Positions 1 to 13,134 are shown, counted from the stretch's first letter. The stretch: DNA of 64,000 nucleotides from Eledone cirrhosa (GCA_964016885.1 OZ024743.1:339574001-339638000); one strand, 5' to 3'. Notes: a model not told the origin generated them from the sequence alone. A program made the numbers and translations.

Positions 1-1640
1 CTTTCGGCATCCTTTCTGTTCGTCCGGTAACAAGTTGTTTGTGTGGAGGTGATGGTAGATTTCCTCAGACATAATGCTCGTCAACAGTTTCCACATTACG
101 GACAGACATGTGATAGGTCTATAGTTGGTAACATCATTACCCTTGATTCGGTCTTTCATTATCAGAACTGTGGTACCTTTTGTCAACCACTCTGGCACCT
201 CACCCGACACCAAGCAGTCATTGAACATGGCCGTCAGCTTCGGGTGGAGGGATGTTAAATGTTTAATCCAATACCCCTGCACACCATCTGGGCCTGGTGA
301 TTTCCAGTTGGTTAGTTTTTTGGCCTGCCCCTTAAGAGTTTCAACTGTGATACTCAACTCAGTTTGTTGATGTGCCTGCTCACCGATCTCCCTCTGTACT
401 GTCTCAATCCACCCTGCCTGGGCATTGTGTCTAACATCCTGCTCCCATATTCCTCTCCAGAATGTTTTAGTTTGCTCCGCCCCAGGGATCAAGTCGTTGC
501 CTCTTTCTTTCCCCTCAAGCTGTCCAAACAGCATCTTCTGGTTGTTGTCGAACATGCGGTTCTGTTTATACTGACTGACTCTGTTCTCGTATCGCCTGAT
601 TTTTGCACTCTTTGCTACAATGCGTTGCTTCAGTTCCTCTATGATAATATTTAGCTTTTTACTCCTAGTTTTGTATTTTATTTCCAGTCTATTTTTAGTG
701 CCTATGTTTTTTAGTGTCCCATTCAGTAGTGACTCAAGCTTTCCTATGTCATTTCTCATTTCCCCGATTTGCCCACTCAGTCGCTTCTTCCACCACGGCT
801 CTGCTCTTTCTTGTCTGTTGTTTCCTCTCGCTTTTATACCAAGTAGTTTCCTCACCGTATTTGCTGTTGCTTTGAGGATATTGTTGCACTGGTGAAGGCT
901 CCTCGCCTCAAGGTATGGGATGACTTTGTTTACCTTAGCTGTTGTTTCTTTTAACTTTTTCCTGTCTACAAATCTTAGGTTCATAGGTCTCCCACTATCA
1001 TTGTTCAATTCATCTACCACTAAATTTAGGATGTCAACCGAATCTTGTCCTAGCCCGTCAGCATTCATCTCCTCAGTGGCCGTATCTCTGTTCCAGGTAT
1101 TATTTATCTCAGTATTCAGATCATTGTCTGCTTCGGGTGGTTCCTCCGTTCTCAGGACCTCTTCACCTTCATTTCCCACTGGCTCGCTTGTCTGGCATAC
1201 TACACCCGCCATCTCCAAGCCATTCTCTCTGCTCAGTTCCTCCAGTTCCAGCTCGCTTATCCATCCATTAGTTCTGCCCGGCCAATTTTTGTTCATCTAA
1301 TTTAAATAAACCAATCTCGTTCCAGATGTTATGCATCCGTCTCCTGTAGCCCCTCTCCTTGGGGTTACTTTTCAGGTAACATTGCATAACAGTTCTATTC
1401 AATTCTTTCGTCCAGTTGGTTCTGGCCCCTTTCCTTCTTCTCCTTCCTCCAACATCAGCAGTATTTGGTTGACAGTCAGGTTCCTGCTGCTGAGCCAGGG
1501 GGCACCTGTTGGGTGAGAGTCTGTCACATGACGTTCTAGACTCCATTTCACCGTTATTCGAACTGTTTATGTTCGATATTTAAACACTCTTATCGAGGAT
1601 TGGCGAATGTATGGTTACATATCCATCTGTGGATCCGCCA
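1..1640 (-). mobile_element. R4/Dong-clade non-LTR retrotransposon, 5' portion (runs off the window start); frameshift near 1270
   Basis: ORF from 1546 has a Dong-like N-terminus (WTKELN..VMQCY..GYRRRMHNIW..EQKLAGQ). The downstream minus frame gives RT motifs WKSPGPDGVQGYWIK, NYRPITCLSVMWKLLT and LLPDEQKGCRK. The 5' end abuts a (TTA)n tract at 1641-1659. Confidence 0.85.
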
Positions 1641-1659
1641 TATTATTATTATTATTATT

Positions 1660-2528
1660 TGCATTTATCTTGCTTTATGTTTATACGAGTTATCACCAAG
1701 TCACAACCAGTGACCTCAAGAGACAACAAGGTCCGCCATGTTCAAGAAAGAGCACACATATTCACACATGCATCCTTAGTGTTTAGACTTGTGATGTACT
1801 TATATTGACAGGATCTTCCTTAGTATATGGGCAGTTCCCATTAGTACTATCTTTTGTATTTCTCCTATACGCGGGTTTCCTGGGATTTGCGATAAGTAGT
1901 CGTTAGACCCCTTAGGTATCATTCCCAGAGCGCCTACAACCACTGGTATTGTTTTAGTTCTCAATTTCCACATTTTTCCAATTTCTATCTCCAGGTCCTT
2001 ATACTTGCTCAATTTTTCAAATGTTTTTATAGATACATTCTTGTCTATTGGAACAGACATATCAATTAGCAGGCATACCCTCCTTTGAAAGTCCTTCAAT
2101 ATTATATCAGGTCTATTTGCATCTATTTTTCGGTCTGTTTGGATGCTAAAGTTCCACAAGATTGAGATGTGATCTTTTTCAAGTATGGGAGGTGGTTGAT
2201 GCTCCCACCAATTCTTTTGATGGGGCAGGTCAAAATGCTTACACATTATCCAATGTATGTATTGTGCAGCTCTGTCATGCCTGTTTAGGTATTCGGTTGG
2301 AGCTATAGGACTGCACATTGAAATTATATGGTCAATGGTCTCTGGTTGTTTTTTGCATACACGGCATAATGGGCTGCACCCATTTTTTATTATGTTGGCT
2401 TGGTAATTTTTTGTTGGCAGACACTGATCTTGTGCGGATATAATCAGTCCTTCAGTCTCCGATTTCAGTCCAGAGGATGCCAACCACTGATGGGTTAAAG
2501 TTTTGTCAACATCAGGATTGTTAGCTCG
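1660..2528 (-). mobile_element. 5'-truncated R4/Dong-type element, family B (CCHC finger plus restriction-like endonuclease, ORF 1800..2483)
   Basis: Motifs CRVCKKQPETIDHIISMC, RHD, NRPDII..LLID, K..KY..L and IPVVVGALG. The 3' UTR ends in (TAA)n. Confidence 0.9.
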
Positions 2529-2556
2529 TTATTATTATTATTATTGTTATTGTTAT

Positions 2557-4170
2557 TCCTTGAATCTCAGTCATTGATGTTGGTTAACTGGAAAGTCCGT
2601 TGGATTGAATATCAAGCCACTACCTGCAGCCTCAGATATTCAGGACGTATCGGAGGGTTCTTGCCGTTCCAAGCAAGCATGCCTTTTGAAGCGTTCCAAA
2701 AAGCGTGAAGGGGCCGATTTTCTTTAACCATCCCTGGAAACCTTTGGAGATAGTCCCCAGTGCGCCTATGACAATCGGGATCACTTTGACTTCATGGCAG
2801 TTCCAAATCCTTTTCACCTCCCACTTTAGGTCCTGGTATCGGTTAATTTTCTCCCTCTCCTTCTCTTGCACTCTCGTGTCGAACGGGCAGGCCACATCCA
2901 CAATCAGGCACGATCTTTTTTCTTTGTCCACAACCACCAGGTCAGGTCTATTGTGTTCCAGTTTTTTGTCCGTCTGTATCCTAAAATCCCACAGCACCTT
3001 CACCTGACTGTTCTCCATCACCGCCTCTGGCCTATGCTCATACCATTTCTCAGAATGTGGTAGATTGTTTACTTTGCACAGGTGCCAGTGGATCACCCTG
3101 CCCATCACATCGTGTCTCCAGCCCTTATAGTGGGTCTGGGCTAGGTGTTTACACTCGGACACAATGTGAGCCACAGTCTCCTCTCTCTCTCCACAGATCC
3201 TGCACAGTGGGCTAGCCTCCTCCTTGTAGATATGGTGCTTCAACCACTTCGTTTTGAGGGCCTGCTCCTGCGCAGCCATTAGCATTCCTTCTGTAGCCTT
3301 TTTGAGGTCTCCTCTTCTCAACCAGTTCCATGTCTGTGGATCTCTAAATTCAGTTTTCTCAAAGAAGGTACTATGAAGGGATTTTCCCTTAAGGCTGCTC
3401 TTCCTCCTTGATGTTATTTCCTCCTTGGGTATCCCCTGGCCTACTGTCCCCTCCTTCAGTACAGCTCTGAGCATTGGCTCCTTACTATAGGTCACGTATT
3501 TGTATAGGTTGTTTTTCTCCATCTGAACACAGTCCTCTATGCTGATAAGACCTCTTCCACCCTCAGATCTCCTTAGGTAGAGTCTATCGACATCACTCCT
3601 CTTGTGGAACATGTTGTAGATAGTCAATAGCTTCCTAGTCTTCCTATCCATTTCTTTTTGTTCAGCAACATTCCATCTCAGAATTCCCGCACTGTACCTA
3701 ATAATAGACACAGCTCGGGAATTTACTGCGCTTATGGCATTTCTGCTGTTCAGATGTGACTTCAATACGCTCCTTACTCTCCGAATGTATTCAGTTCTTA
3801 ACAATTCCTTCATTTTTTTGTTCTTTATGCCATCAGCCTCCAGAACGCCCAAATACTTGTATCCTTCCTCAGAGTCAATTTCCTTTATCATCTCACCTGT
3901 TGGTATCTGGATCCCGTTACTTCTGCTCAACCTACCCCTCCTCATCACAATGACTCCACATTTACCAATACCAAACTGCATACATATATCACTGCTGAAA
4001 ATACGGACAGTGTCAACAAGCACATCCAACTCCTTCTCACTTTTCCCGAAGAGCTTAAGATCGTCCATGAAGAGGAGGTGATTGATGGTAAGCTCTCCCC
4101 TTCCCAACTTGTATCCTGCTCTCACTTTTCGCAGCATAATGGTCAAGGGCATCAGGGCAAGGACAAACAA
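2557..4170 (-). mobile_element. 5'-truncated R4/Dong-type element, family A (RT C-half, CCHC finger, RLE; ORF 2632..4209)
   Basis: Motifs HLLFMDDLKLF, YKYLGV, LYLRRSEGGRGL, CRIC..ETVAHIVSEC, RHD and NRPDLVV. The tail reads AATAACAATAAC(AAT)n on the element strand. Confidence 0.93.
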
Positions 4171-4253
4171 CAGTCCTTCAGTCTCCGATTTCAGTCCAGA
4201 GGATGCCAACCACTGATGGGTTAAAGTTTTGTCAACATCAGGATTGTTAGCTC

Positions 4254-4254
<1 letters not shown>
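4171..4254. repeat. 84-bp direct duplicate of 2445..2528 (apparent long target-site duplication)
   Basis: CAGTCCTTCAGTCTCC...GGATTGTTAGCTCG is identical at both positions, each followed by TTA repeats. Confidence 0.92.

Positions 4255-4331
<77 letters not shown>
4255..4331. repeat. (TTA)n microsatellite, target tract of the Dong array
   Basis: Read directly from the sequence. Confidence 0.97.
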
Positions 4332-7300
4332 TAGCTAACTTTTTTCTTAGTCGAATGCGATTTTGGCTTTGAATCTTTGAAGTCGCTTCAGCATCTAATT
4401 GGTAGGTAAGTTTTTCCTTTTCTTACTTTGGAGATCGATAAAATAAAGTACCAGTTCAAGCTAATGAATTAGCGTAATTTTGGGCGCGTCGGACAAATTA
4501 CCTTGCAGTATTCCAGATCTTTGTATTCCGAGTTCTCCAATGCTAGACTTAATCCACCATTCGGTTTATCAACTCTTCCTGGGCTTTGATTACATTCAAT
4601 GGAGTTTAGTGAGTTGCAAGCATTTAAGCTACGTTTCCGGTTTGAAGACACCTTCATCACTTTCTCTTACCAGTCTCAGGGGCTATGAACATATAAGGGA
4701 CGTGGGTACTACTCTTCCCTTGGTGACTAAATGTTTAAAAATATCTCAATATATTTTTTACTGCTTATTTTATCGGTACCCAACTCTCTCACCAGTCCTC
4801 CACTTCCAACCAGAGGGATGATAAGCAAAATGGGATTCAGTAACAAAATGCCGAGGGAGATTTCACTGGATCTATTGACCACATGGAGGTTTACATTTTG
4901 ACTCGTGGCTTTAAAATGGTTCATTTTTATTGTAAACAATGGGCACTGAAAAATAAGGGAAATTGTGTGTATGTACGTGAGTTATTGTATGTGTGAATGA
5001 GTATGCGCGCGTGTGTATGTGTGTGAATGCTTATCAGCTGAGATCATTGCATTAAGAAAACAAGTGCTGCAGGGAATTGATAAAGTTATGTTAAGGAACG
5101 TGTAACATCGCTATAAACCTATTTCGTTCACGAAAAGAAAAAAAAGGAAAAAGAAAAAAGATTGCAGTCCCGGGAAATCAGTGTAATTCTGTACCTCCCT
5201 CCCCAAACAGTTGCTACGATTCATGTTCCACCAGAAACTGTGGAAATTCAACGTTTACAGAGACGAAACCCAGAGAAGTGTTTTGGGACGGTTTTAAAAC
5301 AAAGTAAGAGAAACGGTATAGCTATAATGTGTTATTTTAATCGTTATCACAACTGCTTGTCTCTGATCATAGACACAGCCTTTTTCATCAACTGTTGGGT
5401 TCTAGCCAAATTTATACTCCCAGATTACGTTTATATAAACATGAAAAGTCACTTACGTGAAACCAAATTTAACGGCCTCACCCACTTTCTGTTTTATATT
5501 GTAGGAAAAGCTTTTCTGATTATACACCTGTAATTAGGAAATATTTCGTAATGGGTGCAAATGCTTATTCATCTGTATATGCATTTTTTTTTATTTCCAT
5601 ATTTTATCATAACAATATCACGAGAGTTACATAGCAAGAAGGAATTCTAACATCACGAGTAGGCAACTATTTCTTCAGAGATGAAATGCAGAGAAATGTT
5701 TATTTTTCTTCTTTGTTATAGTTATTGCAGTGGATGTTAGGCTGTTAGAGCATTGGAAAATTCTTGGCAGTATTTGTTCCGGTTCGTTACATCCTGAGTG
5801 CAAATCCCACAGAGTTCAACTAAGCCTTTCATCCTTCCGAAGTCGATAAAATAAAGTATCAATCAAATTATGAAGCTGATATAATCGACTTCCCCGATCA
5901 CAAATTGTTCACATTATGCCTAAACTAAAAATCCTTATTACTAATGTCACTGTGGTTGTTTTACTGGAGATCAACCCTGATTCAATATATCTATTGTAAA
6001 AAATGCTTCAGCTTTGATATTGTCTTTGTTAAGACAGTATTTAGTGGGTAGTGAGAGTTGTTTGGTTAGTTCATTTTTTGTATTGTAGCAAGAGTTGTGA
6101 GATGGGTTGATGAAGTAGTTGAATGATTAGTTTGTTGGTCGAGTTCATGGCAAGTGAGTGAAGTGTGTCTTAGTGAGTCGAGAGAATTGTTTCTGTGAAG
6201 TCTTGCCATGGTCGATGAAAACAATAGTAATAGTCACTAGTTGTGGTGATGTGATATGGCCGCGGAGAAAATTTCCCTCAATCACATTGATATTAATTTA
6301 CAAATAAACAAGATATCGCTAATGTTTATGTTTTTATTGGTTGCATGATTTACTCCGATATCATGTGCAGTAATAATGAACAACAGGAAAAGGTACATGT
6401 ATAGTTGCAGTGTGCTAATTGTGTGTGTGAATCTAGAATCTAAAAGCAGTGAATTCTACTAACCTATTTTAATGTAGGTGTGTATGGCCAGTATAGCTGA
6501 CCATATAGGCCGGAATTGCCTGGCCAGAGTGAAGAAGCAGACTGTACTGAGTGAGGTAACAATTTCTTGTACTTATAATGGTTGTGTTCTCACAAACGTT
6601 AAACAGATGGCCTTTCCTTTTAAGCAAAGTTAATAAACGAGAAGGCGACAATGTGAGTTGAAACAAAGGGCTTCGTATCTCAGTTTGGTTAACTGGAGTT
6701 AAAAGGTCAATGTGTGATGATGATGCGACTATTTGTGAACATTAGAAAAGTATTCCAAGGACTATATTAGACAGTGTATTATTTCTTTTTAAAGACAGTA
6801 TGACTTGAGGGAGATTTCTCAACAATTTTAATCTGGCCAAGCGACCATATAGAGATTCCCTCATTAGCTCTACAATCAAAATTATTGTTGTTGGTGTTTA
6901 GTCCCAGATTAGCCCTATTACAATAGGCGTTATATTCGTGACTATATCGTCTTTTTTTCTTTCAGATATATATAAAGTTGCTACATCATCTTGTCTATTC
7001 TTTCTTTTAAAAGACATCTGGGTGTGATTCTAGAAAGATTTGGCTGTTATTTCTAGCAGGTCGAGTAAATTCATAGAGGTTCTCTCATTGGTTAATTTGC
7101 TCACAACGTGTGTTATTACTACTACCGTACGAGAAGATTCCGCGACTCCAGTTTCAAAATGTCAGTAAAGAGAATCGTGGCAATGTCGACGATGGAGGTA
7201 ATAGTATTTAGAGTGTAGTGGTGATGGGGATGAGTTATGATGGTGATGGAGATGAGTTATGATGGTGATGAAACATTTAAACATTTATATTTTGTTTGCC

Positions 7301-7555
7301 AATCTAAAAACGGTCTTAGAGCTCTGTTCATTTGCGCAAAGTTATTAAGAATATATTATTTCAGCTTTAGAAAATAATATTCTGAGTCAGTGAAAAATTT
7401 TTCCTTCAAGTATAAAATATAATATCTGATGTGGTGCATTCTATATATATATATATGTGTGTGTGTGTGAGTCCCGGGTTCAATCATGGGTAACCACAAT
7501 AAGTAAGGTACTCAATAGATTAGTAGAGTGCAAACAACAAATTTAATAAAGAAAT

Positions 7556-7607
7556 GGCTTCTACAGGACTAGAACTGTTTCATTCAAAGGAAGTCATCAG
7601 GAAAGCC
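7556..7607 (-). ncRNA. Candidate type I hammerhead ribozyme in a short non-autonomous element (about 7470-7630)
   Basis: Minus strand reads GGCTTTC-CTGATGA-cTTCctttGAAt-GAA-ACAG(ttctagtc)CTGT-A-GAAGCC, with a GUA triplet and a weak stem II. A rearranged partial relative lies at 60600-60724. Confidence 0.6.
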
Positions 7608-7741
7608 CGAGGCTTTCTATATTAAATTTGTTATATATATATAGATAGTTTGTTTATAATAAATTTAGTTTAGTTCTCCCTTTTCCATTCAACAGTTGAA
7701 ATAAACAGTCAAACATATTCTTATAACAAACACATAAATAC

Positions 7742-8178
<437 letters not shown>

Positions 8179-8393
8179 GTTAAAAATGTACATCCACATA
8201 TGTATACTGAAATACTAGTATGCATATGAATACACACACGTATACATATGTAGATGTACCAAGTTTTTCACTGGTCACTTTACTGTGAGTGTCCAGCTAT
8301 TCTGTATGTAAACACACAGACAAACCGGTTTTTAGAGTCATACTGGTTTTTGAGGAAACACCTTTCCTCTATTCTCCAGAAAGCCAGACAAGG

Positions 8394-8438
8394 AATATTG
8401 AACTAGTTTCGTTGTTGTTACAACTCATCAGCAATATT
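8394..8438 (-). ncRNA. Minimal type I hammerhead ribozyme (inverted copy)
   Basis: Exact reverse complement of 8876..8920. Confidence 0.85.
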
Positions 8439-8875
8439 TACCTATCTTCCGGCCTTTCTGGAGAATCGTAAAAGCACATATCGTTATATGCTTTTTCTAT
8501 GAAAATTAGTAGTGGGCAGACTAATTTGCATAGAGTGTGAGTACGTACCGGTTCAACGGAGACGATAAAAACAAATAACGAAACGAAATTAAATTTCGTT
8601 TCGTTTGTAACTCACTTTTGTATGACTGACGCTTAAACAATTAAGTTAAAAATGTACATCCACATATGTATACTGAAATACTAGTATGCATATGAATACA
8701 CACACGTATACATATGTAGATGTACCAAGTTTTTCACTGGTCACTTTACTGTCTCCGTTGAACCGGTACGTACTCACACTCTATGCAAATTAGTCTGCCC
8801 ACTACTAATTTTCATAGAAAAAGCATATAACGATATGTGCTTTTACGATTCTCCAGAAAGGCCGGAAGATAGGTA

Positions 8876-8920
8876 AATATTGCTGATGAGTTGTAACAAC
8901 AACGAAACTAGTTCAATATT
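8876..8920 (+). ncRNA. Minimal type I hammerhead ribozyme
   Basis: AATATTG-CTGATGA-GTTG(taacaa)CAAC-GAA-ACTAGT-T-CAATATT: perfect 7-bp stem I, intact core, palindromic stem III, GUU cleavage triplet. Confidence 0.85.
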
Positions 8921-9789
8921 CCTTGTCTGGCTTTCTGGAGAATAGAGGAAAGGTGTTTCCTCAAAAACCAGTATGACTCTAAAAACCGGTTTGTCTGTGT
9001 GTTTACATACAGAATAGCTGGACACTCACAGTAAAGTGACCAGTGAAAAACTTGGTACATCTACATATGTATACGTGTGTGTATTCATATGCATACTAGT
9101 ATTTCAGTATACATATGTGGATGTACATTTTTAACTTAATTGTTTAAGCGTCAGTCATACAAAAGTGAGTTACAAACGAAACGAAATTTAATTTCGTTTC
9201 GTTATTTGTTTTTATATATATATATATATATATATTCAATGTATTTATGTGTTTGTTATAAGAATATGTTTGACTGTTTATTTCAACTGTTGAATGGAAA
9301 AGGGAGAACTAAACTAAATTTATTATAAACAAACTATCTAAATACCTTGTGGGATTTACCCATGTAACATTGCGTTCTGAATACAAATACCACCACAAAG
9401 TTTATCTTTCATCAATCTGGGGCAGGATAAAATTATATTAGTCATATACTAGGGTAGATAGAATGTGTTATATTAGGAGAGGATCAATAAAGTATGTATT
9501 GGTCATATAGTGGAGTCCATAAAGTAATTGTCAAACCTTATACTGTATCCGCCACAAATGGATTGATGAAGTAAGTATACGTATCTTGCCTCATTTGTTC
9601 TGGTTTTCTCTACCCTGAGTATAAATCCCACTTTTCCTTTCAATCATCCGAAGTCGGTGAATAATAAAGTACCAGTCCAGAATGACGGATTGAAGGAAAT
9701 TTTAGAACCCCAGATAGGACATCTTATGATATCTGTTCCACCTCGGTAGTTCAAATCTCACATTCTGCCACAGAGAAAATGGTGACCTG

Positions 9790-10420
9790 ATAGGATTGAA
9801 GCTCATATCATTAAAAAGAATTCTGCTATGATTAAGGCCCAGTCACCGGTGCCAAAATAGTTTGTGTACAGAATGAAGTCTCTAAGATACAAAATAGATG
9901 CTGGGAGTCTAACGTACAATACCACCAGTACTCAAGAGTCCCGAAGAGTCATGGTACAAAATGATTATCCAGCATCATTCAACAAACGCAGGACGCCAAT
10001 ACATCACCATGAAAGGAGTACATTGCATCAAGTGATCCGTAAGGAGAGGCTGAAAGCAAAGGAATTTCCCGGCCAAGGAACAATCTATACACAACAATAA
10101 TATATGGACATTAACTACCTACCCAATCAGCAATGTGAACATGGCCCTGATGCCGCACGCATTGTACAAGGTAACATGTAAAAAATGTTACATTGGTAGC
10201 CTGTTCAGAAACTGAACATAAGGATCAAAGATTAGATGCACACCTCCAGAAATGCCATACCAAAGATATCAATGTTATCATAGAAGCCATCGAACGAAAC
10301 ATCGGCAACTTGCATATCAATGAGGCTACACTCATCACAAGATTGATGCATCTTATAAATAGCAGGCACAAGCTGCATGAAGTCGATTGGCTATTGTGAC
10401 TATACCAATCTACGCTTATC
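9790..10420 (+). pseudogene. Highly decayed Penelope-like RT-thumb/GIY-YIG remnant
   Basis: Fragments RYKIDA...VMVQNDYP..F and ...LHINEATLITRLMHLINSR resemble the PLE NGYP motif and the EA.LI....P.IN C-terminus. Confidence 0.4.
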
Positions 10421-10886
10421 ACCTCTCCTCTAACCCAATGTCTGCGTTGAAAGGCTCTGCTTGTCATCATATTACATCCCATTTCCTTTCTTTTGAAAAA
10501 GGAGTCCTAATTCCGAAATACCATGAAATATAAGGTAAAAGTGCAAACAGTTGTTTTCTTTTGTTTGTCATACTTTATTTTAGTTTTCACTCCTGTATTT
10601 CTTCTAACTTGCATTATATGAGCTTCTCCCTACAAATCTTAACCACATTGTCTAATCGTTTTTTTCTTTCCTTTTTAAAGGTAGATGCTATTTTTATGAG
10701 ACGGAGTGAATCCGTAGATACACTTTCACTGGCTCGTAATAATTGTTGTTGGTTAACACCAGATTAACCCTATGATCTAAGGGATCGGAAAACGTTTTTG
10801 AAGAAAGGCTGGATTGGAAATATATTTTTATGTTTTGCGAGCTCAGGCGAATAAAAAATGAAACCATTATTATACAAGGTTATAAG

Positions 10887-11515
10887 GGCGGTGGGTTGGC
10901 AGTATCGGTAGAGGGTCGGACGCCATGCTTTCCAGCATAGTTACGTTCCTTTACGATCTGAGTTCAAATCCCGCCGAGGTTGACTTTGCCTTTCATCCTT
11001 ACGGGGTCGATAAAATAAAGTACCAGTAATGAACTGGGTAATTGCTGGCCTTGTGCCTAAAGTAGAAACAATTATTATACAAGGTTATAGAGGGCGGTGG
11101 ATTGGCAGTATTGGTAGAGGGTCGGACGCCATGCTTTGACGTATAGAGTTACGTCCCTTGCTATTCCGAGTTCAAATCCCGCCAAGGTTAACTTTGCCTT
11201 TCATCCTTACGGAGTCGATAAAATAAAGTACCAGTAATGCACTGGGTAATTGCTGGCCTTGTGCCTAACGTAGAAATAATTATATACAAGGTTATAAGGG
11301 CGGTGGATGGGCAGTATCGGTAGAGGGTTGGACGCTATGCTTTGCCGCATAGAGTTACGGCACTTTATGATCTGAGTTCAAATCCCGCTGAGGTTAACTT
11401 TGCCTTTCATCCTTACGATAAAATAAAGTACCAGTCACGCCCTGGGGTCAATTTCATCGACTTTTCCCTCCCCCCCAAAAATTGCTGGCCTTGTGCCTAT
11501 ATAAGAAACCATTAT
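10887..11515 (+). mobile_element. Head-to-tail array of three tRNA-derived SINEs
   Basis: Each has a GGCGGTGG.TTGGCAGTATCGG head (A box), GAGTTCAAATCC (B box), a GCCTTTCATCCTTACGGGGTCGATAAAATAAAGTACCAG core (resembles the Meta SINE domain) and a CCTTGTGCC..GAAAC.ATTAT tail. Confidence 0.9.
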
Positions 11516-11975
11516 CATACAAGGTTATAGAACAGATATTTTTTGTTTCGTTTTTCTCTCAGTTACCTAAATCCCCTTCATTATAAGCAATTAACGTAAA
11601 AAATAACTGTATTTCAGTGGTGATAGAAAGAATAACCAAACGAGCTGGCGTTTCTTATTACGAGAATATCCTTTAATATTTCCAAAAAAATATTACTTTT
11701 GGTAACTCATAGCGGGCACAGAAATTGAACACAAAGCAATGCATATGAATGAATTAGAACAATGAAAAAAACACAATACTAGAGTTATAACATCAAGTCA
11801 GGAGAAAATAAGTTACATAGAAAACAAAATGTTTTACGTCGCAATATGCGCCTGAATCGGCAGAGTCGTTAGAATATCGGATAGAATGGTTCGTGGTATT
11901 CGTTCCAGCTCTTTGCGTTCAGCTCAAAACCCACCAAGATCGACTTTGCCTTTCAGCCTTACTAGGGTCGATTTT

Positions 11976-12010
<35 letters not shown>

Positions 12011-12135
12011 TCTTTGGAAGGAATCGACTGTCTTCAGATTTGGAGAAGAAATGGGCTTCACCAGGTTTAAAATGGCCAAAGCAGGCTGTATGTCTAGACA
12101 GCACCACTACGACTCTATCAGGAGTTACGGGTCCA

Positions 12136-12243
<108 letters not shown>

Positions 12244-12319
12244 CGGTTCGCTTTTTCTACCCGCCGAAATATGATTCTCGCTGAATTTATATTTATATAT
12301 ATATATATTTATTTATGTA

Positions 12320-12403
12320 ATAATTATTTCATTTACCAGTGGTTTCTTGAAAGCAGATATATATATCTGCTTTCAAGAAACCACTGGTAAATGAAATAAT
12401 TAT
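12320..12403. repeat. Perfect 84-bp palindrome centred on (AT)5
   Basis: ATAATTATTTCATTTACCAGTGGTTTCTTGAAAGCAG-ATATATATAT-reverse complement. Confidence 0.95.
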
Positions 12404-12797
12404 CTTATGTTGTTTATTACATACCTAATAAGCTCTGTAACCTACATAGAGCACTCTTTTTTCCTGTACCTTTCCGACGGAATTACTTCATTTATATATA
12501 TATATTATATAGATATAACTTTACAAGTAAAACATTGTTTTAGTTTGATATTAGTTTGGATAAATTCGAGGAATTGTACCTATTAAAACATATTTGTGAG
12601 TGACAGGACAGCTGGAGACAAGCCCGCCAAGAAAATTTCATGCCACGAAAGACACTCAGAAACCAGGTGGTGGTGTTAAACCGGGTGACAGAATAAGTTT
12701 AGCACCATAGAAGACCATTGCAGGATTTGAACTCACAACATAAAGATCTGGAACAAATATCACAAGTTATATAATCGGACGCTCTAACGCAGAGATT

Positions 12798-13134
12798 GAG
12801 GTTCTCAAACTTTTTGGCCCAAACCTTTTGACCCATCACGGCCACGTAATACCCTGAGACCTGCCTGCACGCAGATTGTAAATAATATATAATAAATAAA
12901 ATCGCTAATTTATATATAATAAATAATATAATATATATTATGTATAAATAAATATTATATATTTTTTATTTTACTATATTTATATATAGTATGTATCATT
13001 TGATATTTAATATACTATATCATCTATACCCCCCCCCCTCCCACCATCACCCTTAAGGCACAGCATCCGTTGAGCCTTCTCAACGCCCCACCACCACCAC
13101 CACCGGGGCGGTAGGGCCCAGGTTGAGAACCTCT
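12798..13134. mobile_element. hAT-like MITE
   Basis: GAGGTTCTCAA / TTGAGAACCTC terminal inverted repeats, with GCTCTAAC near both ends. Confidence 0.5.

Noticed and set aside
1546-1640. Possible HDV-like ribozyme at the Dong 5' end (contains TCCTCG and hairpins)
   Set aside because: I could only form simple hairpins, not the nested double pseudoknot. A descriptor search would be needed.
2705-4081. Antisense ORFs over Dong, Tx1 and PLE coding regions
   Set aside because: They are shadow frames of retroelement ORFs and recur only because the elements recur.
8289-9025. Two identical 60-aa ORFs on opposite strands
   Set aside because: They result from the inverted retrozyme-like repeat, start with GTG, lie antisense to the ribozyme and have no recognisable motif.
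10887-10975. tRNA gene calls for SINE heads
   Set aside because: A and B boxes are present, but there is no cloverleaf and the sequence continues into the SINE body.
10869-11529. Repeat-spacer pattern resembling a CRISPR array
   Set aside because: The spacers are homologous SINEs, the repeats are target duplications, the context is eukaryotic and there are no cas genes.
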